A stretch of DNA of 64,000 bases from Anthoceros angustus (taxonomy: Eukaryota; Plantae; Anthocerotophyta). Location: the NCBI GenBank assembly GCA_010909165.1, contig MU008234.1, positions 18,528-82,527 on the forward strand. The letters run 5' to 3'. Positions 11,859-26,143 of the stretch are shown here, piece after piece; position 1 is the stretch's first letter; every line of letters begins with the position of its first letter. The notes below the pieces were generated by a model. The model had not been told where the DNA came from. It saw only the letters and a list, made by a program, of their open reading frames with translations, and did no database searches. The translations under genes and the position numbers were made by a program.

Positions 11859-14800
11859 ACACTCAATATGTCTTGAGGTTAAAGACCACCATTGAATACA
11901 ACTCAGAAGGTTGATCAAGGTAGATATCTACCACTAGTACAACCATGTGAGGTGGGAGGAGTTTTGAGTTCATCCCATAGTTCGCGAATGAGCGGTGGTA
12001 TGTGTAGATGGTTTGCAAACTTTGTGTCGGTCAGGGTGGGCCGGCCCAGCGCCCACCTCAGATGTTGATGGTTTTTGAGTTGCGAACCATGATTGAAACT
12101 TGCATGTCACTGTTCATGGATGGCCCCTGGGTTGTAGGTTGGTTGGGGCGAGTTTGTAGGTTCCCCGGGCCCCGCACCCGAACCCATCACCTTCAAACTG
12201 CTCATAATACATGACCTAGAAGCTGAGGTTTTGTATATTTTGGATTATGGAAGATGGTAAAGGTTTGTGTGAAGAGGTGCTAGTCCACGGCATCAGTTTG
12301 TTGTATGCGGTGGTTTTCATGGATTCTGTCTTCGCTTGTGGTATGGCAGAAGCGTGCCCTACTAGAAAAGGCAGCCTATGTTACACTTTATGTTAAGATT
12401 TGGACCCCCGGATGTAACACTTATGTTGCAATTTTGGGGTCATGTAACACTTTTTGGGCCGCTTGTTACACTTTGGCTTGGAAACCAAACCGGAGTGTTT
12501 GTTGCAACCATGTTGCAAGTGTTGCAATTTTGTTGAGATGAAGTGAGAGGCGCTTTTGTCCTCTCTCAAGATTGCAACAGTTGCAACATATAAAGTGTTA
12601 CAAGAAAAGTCTTGTAACACTTTTGGAGGCTCCGAACCTCCTCCCCATCTACCTTCCTCCTTTACTACATTTACCATATAGAATACTTGGTTTCCTTATT
12701 ACCTCGTATGAATACATATAAATAAATACATGTATGCATACCCTCATAGAATCGGTATTGGTAATATGCCATATCGATAATTTCGTGACATACGGTTATA
12801 TTTCATTTTGTATAAAACACGCTTATACGACAATCGCTGCATAAATTGTACACGTCCGAGGATACTATACTTTGTATTCATCATTCACGAAAACTGCGGA
12901 TACATACATCCCACATTTCACCCCGCCTATTTTTGTGTATCCGTCGCGCAACCTACCTTCTAGCGGGCGTTACGTGCGGCTTGTCCCCATGCCCATCGGC
13001 TTCTTGCCATGGCTCGCCCACCCTTCTTATCGCATTTACTACTTTGTCCTTCCGCCTAGGAGTTTGCTTTACCGTGGGTTCTTTCGCTCCATACATGCCT
13101 TCATTTCTAATTTCCTACTCCTCATCGTATGCATGAGAAGGAAACCTCCTACAACCCCTGCTTTTGCGATTTTCTTCCTCCCTTCCTCTTGCGTCGTCTC
13201 ATGACCAGCTTTCCCTTTCCATCGCATCCACCTCCCTTCCACTCCTGACGCACCACGGTACAAACATCGCAGCATGCCCTTCAAGACATGTGCAGATATA
13301 GTGGTGTGCACAACGACCTTCAATTGCTTACCTTCCCGACCCCATCTTTTCTTATGTACCTCTTGCCCACAATCCGCTCCTTCCATCCTCGCTGTGGCGC
13401 CCGTGCCTGTCACACGGCCCCGCCGATGCCTCCAGCACCTCCCCGCTTTCCTCTTTCGGCCTCCACCTTTTGTCATGTGGCGTAGCCTCCAATGGGGCCC
13501 AGTGGAGGTCCATGCGATCGGAGTGCGCTGTATGTGTCTGCACGGTTAGGCACGCCCTCAATGTCGCCCCTTCCTCATACTCGCGCCATCTGTTGTTCGC
13601 CATCAATGTACCCCTTTGCTGCCCCGCCTTTCTCCCTCCCCTCGAAAATTCCCTCATGGCTGCCACTCGCCTTTTGGCCCCACCACGACCATGGCTTGCC
13701 ATGGACCCGCCTCCATTCGCCACCGCCTCCCTCTCCCACCCCATTTGTTCAGCACGCTGACCATGCCTGCCCTTCCGGACGACAATTGCCTCCCCGCAGC
13801 GAATTCTCATCCGCCCGATTCCATCCCTCATGTCTTTCACGGCCCCTCGTCACTCCTCGACCCCATCTCCGTCCACAATGTGCACATTACTGGCGGACGG
13901 CACCTCCCAACACACGCCCTTTACCGGCTGCCCTCTTGACACACCCTCCTTCCGTGAACCGGCATGGCCTCTGGTGATTCCAAGTCCCTCCCCTCCTCTC
14001 CCACGCCATGGCAGAACTTGACGGTGACGGGCACACCTTCGGTCCGCCATGGCCGCCGCCTCTCCTACACATCTTCTCACACTCGGCATTCACACTATCA
14101 CCGGCATGGCGTTCCATCACCTGGGTGATCGTGGCGTTCGCCACGATCACATTGCCATAGCCTCATCCGCACCTTCATGTTTTGTCTCCCTCCTCTCTCC
14201 CAATGCATTCTACTCCCACCGTCCTCCTACTTATCCCCCCACATCCACACCACCACCTCCTGCGGTGCCCTCTTCCATCCTTCGTCTCGGAAATGCCACG
14301 ATCTGGATCCATCTCCAATTCCATGTCGTTCAACAAAATTGTCATCTCCCTTGTCCTCCTGGCCAACCTCCGGGTGGTTCGGTTATTCCATGTCTTACCT
14401 GTATGAACTGGGAGACCGCATCGCAACCGCCCAGAGGTTGCATGGAGATCGTCCTCGCCTCCCAAATTCAGCCTCCTCTTGATTTGGGTACCTACCATGC
14501 TTCTTCTCAAACCGAAGCACCCATCCAAGACGCCTCCCTTGCCCCAAGGGTTTGGCCCCAGCTTTTGCCTCTCTTGCTGCAAGTTCATACTTGATGGCTC
14601 GAACTTCCTGCTTCAGCTCCATCCGAGCCTGTGCAAGGGCATCTTCCACTCCTCCTCGTCCACCATGCTCGGCTTACCCGCTCCTCCCCTCCTCTCCCCT
14701 CTCCCCTCTCCTCTAATGCCGCGCCTTTGCGGCCTCCACATCGAGAATTGCGTGCGAGTCATCGAGAAGTGTCGGCTTATCTTGGACTTCACCACCGGTC

Positions 14801-15899
14801 GGGAAGGCTTGACACCGATTTCACTAACCGTCCCTTCTCCCCTAACGCCGCGCGCCATCTTGCCATGTTCCCAGTTCATTCACAACCTTTGTCCTCACGG
14901 CCAACAGCCGTGCCTTTTCGCTCGAACAACATCGGATTCCCTTCCCTTCCTGTCCTTTGCTTTTGCATTGCCTCCTTCACCATTTCACGCCATTCCTTTT
15001 ATCAAGGTCACCGTGCATCGTTGTCCACCTCACACCACTCCATCGCATCCGGTGCACACCCTCCTCTTGTCATCACACCTCCCCTTGGCCGCCCGCCATT
15101 CCTCATCCGCTTCAGGCGCGGTCGGCGCCACGGGACCCGCCCCCACGGGTTGCCCCGCCTGCCTGCTTTTGCCTTCTCTCCCCAACCACCTCCCGTGTTG
15201 CCATGGGCTGCCTCCACATGTCTGCCGCATGAACACCGCCAAGATGCACAAGCTCGCGAACCGCATCAACGTGTGTACAAATTGAACAAGACGTTCTTGT
15301 CAATCCGTCTCGAAACACCCACCTCATCGATAGCAAAGCATCGTCACCATCGCTGCGAACGCAATGCTCCAAGTCCGCGTCGGGGCTGGGATATTCCACG
15401 TCTCCATGTCCTCAACCGCCATTGGTTGGCTGCCATGTTCCCTTGTCCTCACAACTCTCCGTGTGTCTATGTAGGCGGTGGCACGGTGGTAGCGCTGGAT
15501 CGGAGAGGTGTTAGGTGGCTGGGGTGGATGGCGGTAGCTCGAGACGAGCTTGCCCTCTCATCCTCCCCACCCACCTACGGATAGGCGTCGGCGGGCGACG
15601 CCGATGTGCTTCTAGCGGGGTATCGATGTCTGCAAACTCGCCCACGCCTTCCTTCCGTCCATTGCCCGGACGCCACCGCGCCATCTTGAAGGCATTGGCT
15701 TGCCCTTCCGATAGTTGCCAAGCCAAGGGTCGCCACGCCAAAATTCAAAGCTCTTCATATGGAAAGCCTTTGTTTGCAAACTCGTCGGCGGTCATTAAGC
15801 TTCGGAACCGTCCTCACTGCCCTTTCTCCTTCGCCATAATGACTAGTGTTTTATATTACGACAACTTGTAGTCCCTTGCCCACAATTGAGTGATCTAGA

Positions 15900-18800
15900 A
15901 GAGGTCATCATTGCATATTGCCGATAATCGGTCCATGTGAACACCGCCATCAAGACCACGGTATTTAGTAGTGTCACGTTGGTTCTGTCTTCCATTGGAG
16001 CCACATTACGTCAAGAGTCGGGAGGTTCGCCCCATCGTAGTGTCACGTTGGTTCTGTCTTCCAATGGAGCCACATTACTCCGTCCGGAGGTTCGCCCCAT
16101 CCTCGACGTCCATAGGCCACATGCCATGCGCTATATGGCTCCGTCCACTCGCTCCGCGTCCCTCCATCCCTCGCCGGGTGGGTACGCGGGCCCAGCCTAT
16201 GTCATCCGCCTCCGGATGCAGATGCATCACTGCGATGGCCACACAAACGGACCATCTATTGAGCGCACCCTGTAGACGCAAACTTTCTCCGTATTTACAA
16301 TGTCAAATCCGGTGTACGACTTTCGCAGCGATGGCCTTGTCCCTCCTGGCTGACACTCGTACCATCTAACCTTCAACAGAATTGGCTTAAACTCCTGCGA
16401 GAACTGCAAGCGGAGTATTTGCTCTATGTGCCCGTAGAACGGGCGCTCCTCTTCAATGTCGCCGCCACCGCCTGTCCATCATGATAAACTTTGCGCTCAC
16501 CGCACTATCCTTTGTACTCCGGCGACGCTTTGTCCGCCTCGCTCGAGGTGGCGCCTTTGTTCCACATGTGGCTATATGCCACCGCTGCAACGCAGCCCAT
16601 CCATGATTGCGGTCACTTCGTGGGTCATGCAAGGATGCCCATCCCATGCGTTCGAGCCCTTCTTCCATATATCATCTCGAAAGTCCGACCATCCTGCACC
16701 GTTTGTCCTAACTTCTTCCTCGTACATGTCCAAGAACCGCAGCACCTCCGTGATACAGCACATATGTGTGCGCCTGTCGTGCCTCCACGGCATCCATTAT
16801 GTACGCACGGCCGACACCCAGCACCTTCTCCCCCATACGTTCATCTGCAGTCCATGCTTCTCCCACGTGAGCGTAATAACGGCGGAGAAATGTCATGCCG
16901 AAATGCAAACTCTCCTCACGCATGTACCCCACCGCTATACTGGACTCGGGTCTCGCGCGCTGTCGCACTGTCCGCTTCCTGGATCCTAAATATCTCTCCA
17001 CCGGGTACATCCACCTAGTGTGAACTGGGCCCAAAGCGGCCACCTCGTCCACTAAGTGTAGTATGAGGTGGGTTGATATATCAAACATCTTAGGGGGAAA
17101 TTGCTTTTCCAGAGAGCACATTACCCTCACTGCCTCTTCGCGCTGTGCTTGGATGTCCCGACTCGGTATCGTCACCGGCAAATCCATAAGGCGTCCTAGC
17201 TTTACAACCGCCTTGTACACCTCGGCTCTATGCACCCCGGAGGACGATGGGGAATATGATTTCCAACATAATGTGCCGATCATGGCATTTGTTCGCTTTC
17301 CGCTTTCCACCTTAGGCTATGTTGGACCCATAGCTGTGCTTGATGCGTTTAATGCCCTCAATCACGGTCTTCAAGTCGATTTGGACAAACGACGGCGCTG
17401 CGGTATTGGCCATCGTCACTGTGCCACAACCATCTTTTCCTCCGCTTGCTTCCATGTCCATGCGAAGCAATGTCATCTCGCTCTCCGTGCCATATGGCCT
17501 CTGCATTGTTTTTCCACGTGCATCACATCCTTTGGCGCCCACACAAGCATGTGACGCCAATATGGCGGTGACTACGAACAAGGGCGACATTCTCCACGGT
17601 TCCAAAGTTGCCCGACGGACGTCTGCAGTGTCGCTTTCTCTGCGTGCCATATCCGTCACAATATCATCGAGCGTTGGCGGCTTTGGTTTGGTCGGAGGTC
17701 CGCGATCCATCAAACCAATCGCATCCTCCCACCGCCCATCACATTAGCCGGTAGCCACCGCGATCCGACATAAACGGGCTTTTCAAATCTGGAATAGCGA
17801 GAATCAAGGTCCACAAGAATCGACACACGCCGCTTCCTCTCACTTGCAATCCGGTGAGGGTACCCAACCCGGGTAATCGGCAATGATGCGAATCACGCGT
17901 AACTTGAAATGCCTCTTAGGATGGTTTCGGCATTGAGAAATCTTCCATGTCCACCCCTCCATAACTCTTGAGTTCATCTACCGGTGCCATGTACACATCG
18001 AAATTTTAACCATCCCGGCCCGGCACAATCGGAGGCATGATGACATGCGCGTCCTTTGTCTGGCCCAAGGTGGCATGTTGTGCACAAATACCAAAACCGC
18101 CATATGGACGTGTTTGAGTACCAAACGGGTTGAACCGTCTGGATAATGCTAACCTCAAGTTCCTCGGCTCATCGCCGAAACCATCAATCGCATCTAGTGC
18201 TCTCCATGCCGGGTATCCGCCATCATGGACATGTCCCCATTCTCGCTTTGCCTCCCGACATACCAAGTCATCAATGCTTATTTCCGCCATTGAAACATGC
18301 GTTTGATCGCGGTTTCAAGGAAAATGCCGGAGGACCTTCCGAGGACTCCCCGGCTCATCAAACCCATCCCCGAACGGCACACACTTTGGGCAATGGTTGC
18401 CCCCGACAATGTAACGCATTTTTCTCACAAGCATGGATTTTCTCATATCGGGGCCAAATAGGTGATGACTTGGCCTCGTACATGTCCTTGTAACTCGTCG
18501 AATCGGCAAAAATCCACACTTAAGATCTTTAAGAGGGTCTGCGACGCCATGATGTCAAACATGGTTTGCCAAGACAACAACAGCGCGCTTAGCCGCTTTC
18601 GCCACTGCTCACTTGGTATAAAGGCGTCTGCCAGCGCGGCGCGTGCTGCGGCGCGGTTCCCTCCGTGCCAAGTGCATGATCGTTGCTTCGCAAGTCGTCC
18701 ACAGTGCATATGAGGTACATCTTCACATCCGTTCCTCGTCCATGCTCTCATCGGAGCCGCCACTTTGGTCGCCCCCATTGCCTTGTCTCGCATTTCATAC

Positions 18801-19300
18801 TCCTCGAGCCCTCGATCCGTCTGCGGTGGAGGCGCCTTCAAGGCCTCCGCCACCGCTGTCCAAACTTGGCTCCACTGCGGATAAACCTCGAATGCAAATT
18901 AGAGAGCAATGGTGCAGGTGCACGCAACAGCTTACCGCCGCCCGGAGCCCGTACCGCAAACAAGCAGCCTTGAGATGTGTGCTGGAATCCGCCCACAGGA
19001 GGTCGCCACACACTGACGGCATGGACAAAACATGTAAACCTCATTTGCAAATCGGGGCATCTTGCTCGTGGTCCCGACCCGTCGACAAAGAATCGCGCAC
19101 GCAAGACAGCAACCTATGAATGCCGCAGACTCGCCGTAATTCATGTCCAATTCACAACGACCCATCACGCCCGCTGTAGGTGCGGGCATCACGCCGCAGC
19201 GACGCCACCTCAAATCGAGAACCGGTCCTTCAACATTAGAGCACCTCGGACGATGAGTCGTCGATGGCACGAGAGAAGGGGTACTTGTGGATTCACGCCA
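15900..19300 (-). pseudogene. CACTA TnpD/Tnp2-type transposase (Transposase_21 and DUF4218-like regions); frameshifted; ends approximate
   Basis: MFCPCRQC; AWRALDAIDGFGDEPRNLRLALS..FNPFG; FPPKMFDISTHLILHLVDEVAALGPVHTRWMYPVERY...RARPESSIAVGYMREE. Confidence 0.88.
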
Positions 19301-21998
19301 TGTTCATCCCGGTGAGAGCGACCGGATGGGATGAATCATTGCATTGGCGGGATGTCCGGGCACGAATAAACACTCCCGACATTGAGCGCACGCCGATAGG
19401 TGGTGAGGCGGCTATTGAAAGGGAGGAGATGAGCAACGCTAGCGGTGGGCAGAACGGACATCGTACATGATCGTGAGTCATTGCACTTGCAAACATGTGT
19501 TCGGCTACCAGATGCCCCACCTCCTTCACAATTTTACATTCAAACCCGACGGAAGCGGTTGCATTGAAAGGAAGCGGAAGATGCTCGACGAGGCGCCCAT
19601 CCTTGCGTAGCCACCTCCTTGATTTGCACTTCGTCCATAGCGAGGATAGTGTTGAGCTCATGCTCTCAAAGTCTCTATACAACTCCCATGTTGCGTGCGC
19701 CATTGCGGTGAAGGCGGTGCACCCGGGGCCGCGTGTTCCATGCTCTTCCGCCGCCCCCAAGTCCATTCTTGAGGTGTGTAGCTTCACCATAGTGGCGGCT
19801 CATGTGAAGCCCCACGCAGCTTTGTTCTATCCGAAACAATCGACTCAAGTTCGCAGAAATCCTCCGGATCGTGGCCTGCAAAAGTGTAGCTCGATGCGAC
19901 TTGCCTCTTCCTCCCATTGGGAAATTGCTGCGGTTCGGCGGCCGGGCGGACGGCCCCGCCGTCCCAAAGCTGGAATCCTCCCCGCCTTCCTCTCAGACGA
20001 ATGGTCGGTGAAGGCGGGGAGTGTTGTGTGCCTTCCCTTCCTCTCAACCTCCCTTTCGCCTTCAACTTTCGAGGCTTGCGAAAGTCCCCGCTGCTTCCAC
20101 CTCGATCCATCACGGTTTGGAGGAGACATAGTTTGTACCGCAGCCACTATCCGGAGGAGGGCAACGCCGCGATGGCAAAGGATCCCAAAGTTTGTGAATC
20201 CATATGGCATCCATCACACTGCACGATTGACACGCCCAAACATAAGTGGCGTGGGTGGCGGTGACATGTCATGTCGCTCCACGGTATGGATGGGCACCAA
20301 CCCCTATCCATCCATTCCGAAGTGGACATGACAGTCATCGACTTTTATTGCGGTGTTGATGAGTAGTACACGTGGTACAAATGGAGGAATCACATTTCCC
20401 ACCGCCTTTAAGAATGGTGAAAGTATACCCGAATGTGAGGTATAACTGGCCCCGAACACGACGCCATGCCCAAGAGACGGCAAAAGCCGTGGCCGACGCT
20501 GCCGCCGTCCTTCGTGGCTGGGAGAGAGCAACCTCCGTCCATCGCCGATGGCCATCGCCGTGAATGTGGAACCCCTCTTCCTCGATGGCCATCGTCCGCG
20601 CAGGACGACAATATCCACACAATCACCGCAATGTTGCAAGCAACATCAAGGTGAGGAAATGAACGCTTTGCACATATAAAGAGAAATCCAAACATCCACG
20701 AGGTTGAAAGAAATGATCGCCCACAGTCACGGCTTGTGAAACGAGGTGTGACAATCGCGATTTGTGCCGACACCTTCCATGCCACATGAGGTTGGATACC
20801 ATCGCCACCGTGACCATTGAGACTTCCACATTGCCACCCCAATGGCGGATTCCCAGTTGCATGCACACGAAGACACGCCCCACTAAGATGGGCGAGCTCA
20901 ACGCCTCCAGTGCGCTTGGGGTCCTTGATGGCCATCGAGGGGCGGTGCACCGGAGATGGAGAGAACAACAAACCAATGGTGGTTCTCCCACCACCGAGGG
21001 GCGCCCAACGTGAAGTTGGTTTCCTACACATGCCCATGGCAATTGCAGACGGATGAAGAGAGGAGGAGAGGGCAAGGGTTGGGAGTGTGCAACCTCCTCG
21101 ACTATTCCACAAGGCGACCGCATCGCTTGGAGGAGCAACAGATCGCCACAACCATGAAGCGGAGGCCTGGCAAGGTCATTTAAACCGTGCATGCGATGAG
21201 GGCCGGTCAACCACTTGCGTCATGGCGAATGGAGGAACGGGTAGGAATCTTTCATGTCGACTGCCTAAAGGAAAACGCAGCATGGCGGGCTTTCCGGCTA
21301 TCGATTTCCATGAATGACCACTATTGCAAGTTGCAATGAGGATGGCGGTGTGCGGGCATAGAGTGGCGGATTCCAATGCCGCGTTTCTCCGATAAAAAAG
21401 GCCACAAACGTCCGTTCCCGACGTGAGGGTTGTGCCATTGCGCCACAATTTCAGCCATGTGTCATCCACCGCCATGTCTCCTAGTTGATGGTCAGCGCCC
21501 GCTCCGAGACATTATGCCGAGCTGCCACGCAGTTGATGGCGCGGGATCTTATTTGCATATCTACTAGGTTCGCATCTCTCTTAGGCTGGTCAAAGAGGAG
21601 CAGATCGAAGTGCCATGCCCGTGTGCGAAATGATGATCACGGTCTTCCTTACATCACGGGACATGGCCGCCAAATGCTACCGTCACCATCACTTATTGGC
21701 AATGGCGCACGGTGACATTAGCGGTATCTTCACTTTGATGAAGGCAACCAAGTCAAGTGGGTTTCAAGTAGGATACATCATAGGGTTCGACCTACCACTT
21801 GTCCTTTTGTCATGGCATATTGTATGCGGGCCATGTACTTGCAAGGATCATAATAGATAATGGGCGATGTTTATTGCCATTGTGGTTATAATGTCCGCCC
21901 GCAAAGGGAAGGGAAAACGAATGTAGGTGGCTGGATGATCTCCGCCCCACTCTTCCCTCCTCCACCACCACAAGGTTACGACGGGAGTGAAATAACTA

Positions 21999-22608
21999 CT
22001 TGGACCATGGTCATTTTGCATTGAACAATGGTCCTTGGTAGTATTCGTGAACAATGCATTAACCATCCTTGGACCATGGTCATTCGATTGCATTGAACAA
22101 TGGTCGATGATATTCATGACCACATATGCATTAACCATGGACCATGGTCATTCGATTGCATTGAACAATGGTCCTTGGATCTCGAAAAGTATTCAACATG
22201 TCGACACATATGCATTAACCATCCTTGGACCATGGTCATTGATTGCATAACAATGGTCCTTGGATCTCGAAAAGTATTCAACATGCTCAACACATATGCA
22301 TTAACCATCCTTGGACCATGGTCATTCCGATTGCATTGCGAACAATGGTCCTTGGATCTCGAAAAAGTATTCAACACTGTTCGGACACATATGCATTAAC
22401 CATCCTTGGACCATGGTCATTCCGATTGCATTGCAAACAATGGTCCTTGGATCTCGAAAAAGTATTCAACGCTGTTCCACCACATATGCAGTAACCATCC
22501 TTGGACCATGGTCATTCCGATTGCATTGCGAACAATGGTCCTTGGATCTCGAAAAAGTAGTCAACGTTGTTCCACCACATATGCAGTAACCATCCTTGGA
22601 CCATGGTC
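21999..22608. repeat. Tandem array of about 7 units (69-95 bp) inside the CACTA element
   Basis: Recurring GCATTAACCATCCTTGGACCATGGTCATTC(C)GATTGCATTG...AACAATGGTCCTTGGATCTCGAAAA; each unit carries the palindrome GACCATGGTC. Confidence 0.9.
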
Positions 22609-24269
22609 TTTTCAACTCACAAACCAACAACATCCATGGCCCATGGGCATCCGAGCATTGTTACCAATTTCGTCCTTGGGTCACGATTATCGCATAACCG
22701 CCTTACTATGGGGACATGCCAACGAACAAAAGACGAGGTGTGTGCGCCAAAAGAGCATGGCTAGGTGCGAGCCATGAGGCCGACACACCGACAACACCAT
22801 TCACCCATGGGCATCCAAGCATGCGCCAAATTCCTTGGGTCACGAAGGCGTTCAAATCTGCCGGCTATATATGTGAAGCACGGGACATGGCGCTTGGAAC
22901 AGGTGACGGGTGTGCGACGCAAGGACGCTGCATCGAGGCCGGAGGTGTTATGGCTCGCACGAGAAGGTAAAACCACCGATTCGGACGTGTTGTTGTCCGG
23001 TGGCATGCATGTTGAACGCGGGCCATGGGCGAATGACCATACAACATCCTTGGCACATGGGCATCCGAGCATTGTTACCAATTTCGTCCTTGGGTCACGA
23101 AATATTGTACAAAATTGCCGGGCTATATATGTGAAGCATGGGGACATGGAGCTTCGACAAATAGGTGACGGTGTCCGAAAAAGACGGCATGGGGCATGCC
23201 ATAAGCGGACACATGGGTATTCGGAGAACGATGGAGGTGCGTGCGGAAACATGGCATCTTGTGGCAAGGAGCCGTGGCATGTCCTTTCGCCACGCCTCCC
23301 TCCCTCCGTCACCACAAGGTTACCACCTTCGGAAAACCCATATCGTCCGCACTCCGGCTTGTCGCGCGTTGGTTAGGCGCCGCAGCTTGGCGTGGTTCGC
23401 TATGGTTTGGGACGTGGACTTCAAGATTTGAGGCGGCTTAAGCCTACAACCCGCTACCATAACCCGTGACTTGGATGGCGGGAGGGTCCTTCCGTGGAGC
23501 CGAATGGAGGCATGGAGGGCCGCATGCTTTGCCGGCGCTGGAGAGGGCAAAGGTTTGGAAAATGGAGAGGACGCCAGCAGCCGCTGCATGGTCAAGTGGA
23601 ATTGCACAACGGCCCTGGACGGGTGCCAAAGCCGAGGAACCGAGGCGTGGCGATCCGCCGCCTCTGCAGCGGCGGAGTGGATGCCGGGAGGGTCCTTCCG
23701 TGGAGCCGAATGGAGGCATGGAGGGAGGGGAGGAGGTGCACGAATACCGTGGAAGGTGTTGCCGATGAGGAGGAGGCAGCGGCAACAAATCCTCCTCATT
23801 CCGACGTGCTGTCTCCAAGAGGTGGGCAGCTAACGGTGGAGCTTGTGGGTGCAGGGGACGACCTGCCTGACGCAGACGCGGACTTTGAAAGGGCCCTCCA
23901 CGCCGTTGAAGAGTACGAAATTGCCCGAGGTGCAGACGCGGCGGACCGCTGTGGGCATGTGGAGGACGACGGAGGTCTTGCCGAGGACGCACCTGGATGG
24001 CGGGAGGGAGAATAGGGCTCTTCTAGAAGAGCTTATTTTGGTGACCATGGAGACTCAAGGAGCGGCGGAGGGTCTCTCAAGGGCAGTGCGGCCTTTGGAG
24101 TTGATATTGCTTGCAGGAGGAAGAGGAGGAGGCCACGAAACACGCACATGGGTCGAGAGGCAGTCGACGAGGACACCACCAGGATGAAAGCGGGAGGGAG
24201 GGGAGTGGAAAATGGTGGTGAAGAGGTGGACGAGGACCTACCGACAACATTGCGAGGAGAGATAGGGGA

Positions 24270-24982
24270 GCCGATGTAAAAGTTGGCGGTAAGCCACTTG
24301 ACGACATCATTGCCGTGTTGTGCTGCCGCATGTGGGGGGTTTACATGGTGTGAGCCTACTGTGTGATGGAGGGTGGGTGGAGAATGAAGATGAGGAGGAA
24401 GAGCCCACCGACGAGGAGGGAGGTCCGGAAGGCCTTCCAGCGTGTTGGAGCTAGTGTGCGAAGATGCGATTGATGGTACCATGGTCCAGACGACGAGACT
24501 TTGAGGGATGAGAGGAAGGTAGAGTACGAGTTCCCTAGTGTAGATCGCGAGGATATCGTGTCCGGTTTTGCAGGCTTCATGGACAAGAAACCTAGCGTTG
24601 GCAAGAAGGTGCGACAGCGTTATTTGGAGGAGAAGGGAAAGATGCGAAATGGCTGCACCCTCCGAACGCCGACCAAGGCGTGGAGACGGGCCGTGGAGCA
24701 AGCGGTAACGTTGCACAAGCACGGTGGTGTGTGGCCAACCCACAACAAGCAAGCAACTTTCGACTTGCAAAGCACGAGCATGGGACCAATCCATTTGGTC
24801 CCATGGGAGCAAAAGAGTTCGAGAGAAGGTATGTTCAGGTGGGGAAGGAGCAACAGACAAGAGTTGAAATGGGCTGCGAAACATGGATTGGAGAGCATGC
24901 CGAACTACTGGAGTGGTATGGCGATAGATCGGGGCCTTGGTTGAATAGCTATGTGGTCAAAAAGTGCGCATGTAGGACATGA
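24270..24982 (+). pseudogene. Possible TnpA/Ptta-like second CACTA gene fragment
   Basis: ...TPTKAWRRAVE and ASNFRLAKHEHGTNPFGPMGAKEFERR...TRVE loosely resemble the Ptta/En/Spm domain; weak visual match only. Confidence 0.35.
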
Positions 24983-26042
24983 AGGCGTGAACGAATCGAT
25001 GTGCATGGCTGCAGTCGAAGGAGAAGGAAAATAATGTGCGGTGAAGGGCACGAAAAGATGGAAGGAACCATAGCATGTCCCGAGGGGAAGGGAAGGGAAG
25101 GTGGAACGAGGAGGGCATCACACTCGGTGATGTCGGAGGCGGTGGGGATGGTGTGGAAGGTGGAGGCGTGAGTGTGTTGCCACCCACAAGGCGAATCACA
25201 AGATCTCTCCAAAAGTGTGAGTTTGGTGGCAATGGCGGGGATGAATTGAATGCGATCATTTTGCCTAACGTAACTTGCACAAGCACGGTGAATATGCAGC
25301 CTATGGGGCCGGAGTGCAAGGCCCGAAGCGTGGAGGTTAGTGGCTCGAATGCCGCTCAAAGGGTCGACATGAGCGGGAGAAACGCAGGCCGCTAGCTGGG
25401 TGCAAAAGACGGCGTGAAGATGCAGGAGGAGTCGACTCGGATGACGTCAAGAGTCAGAAGCTGCCGCCACAGTGTGGTATGTGCAAGTCCATGTCAGGCA
25501 ATAAGCCTGGATTGATTTGTGCTGTGGACGCTGGTAGATTTTGATGCCGCCTTTCTTGCGTTGTGCAAAGCGGGAGCAACGGCAAATGAAACACGCACCG
25601 CAAGCGCATGAGGACATTCACAACCGCCATCGCAGTAACGCGTGGTTGGTGGAGGGGAGAGTGTGAATAAGAACTTGCACACGCTTTTGGAGGGCCGAGG
25701 ACGGTGATGGTCACGAGCAGATGAAGGGAGATCGGCCTCATAGCACGCCACACATGTAGCGGGCATTCCATAGTTCGTTTACATTGTCCTTCGATATGTT
25801 TTAGCGGTTGTGGAATGAACCCGAAAACTATGGCATATGTCTTGCAAGCCGCACATGTTCGTATAAGGGAAGTCTAGATAGGGAAAACGCACAAATGGGG
25901 CGTTTGAAGAAAGCGTAATGCATGTGTCGCATTTGGTGGTAAATGTGATGAGGTATTTATTAATCTATGAGGTGTATACTTATAACTATGGCATGGTTAG
26001 ATATCTATGAATTTGTACCTATACATAAAGAGTATGTATTCA

Positions 26043-26067
26043 ATATATATATATATATATATATATA
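26043..26067. repeat. (AT)n microsatellite
   Basis: About 12 AT units, read directly. Confidence 0.95.
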
Positions 26068-26143
26068 CGTGTCATGTATGTAGGATTAAATACATCGGCC
26101 AACCGTATATATAAATGGACATATAATGTAGAATCCTACTATA

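Noticed and set aside
21999-22777. CRISPR-like array and repetitive ORFs (LTILGPWS...)
   Set aside because: The variable parts are related to each other rather than unique spacers; the ORFs are by-products of the tandem repeat.
13069-25771. Numerous overlapping 60-320 aa ORFs in the CACTA interior as separate genes
   Set aside because: Mostly shadow frames of GC-rich, frameshifted transposon sequence with no recognisable domains.
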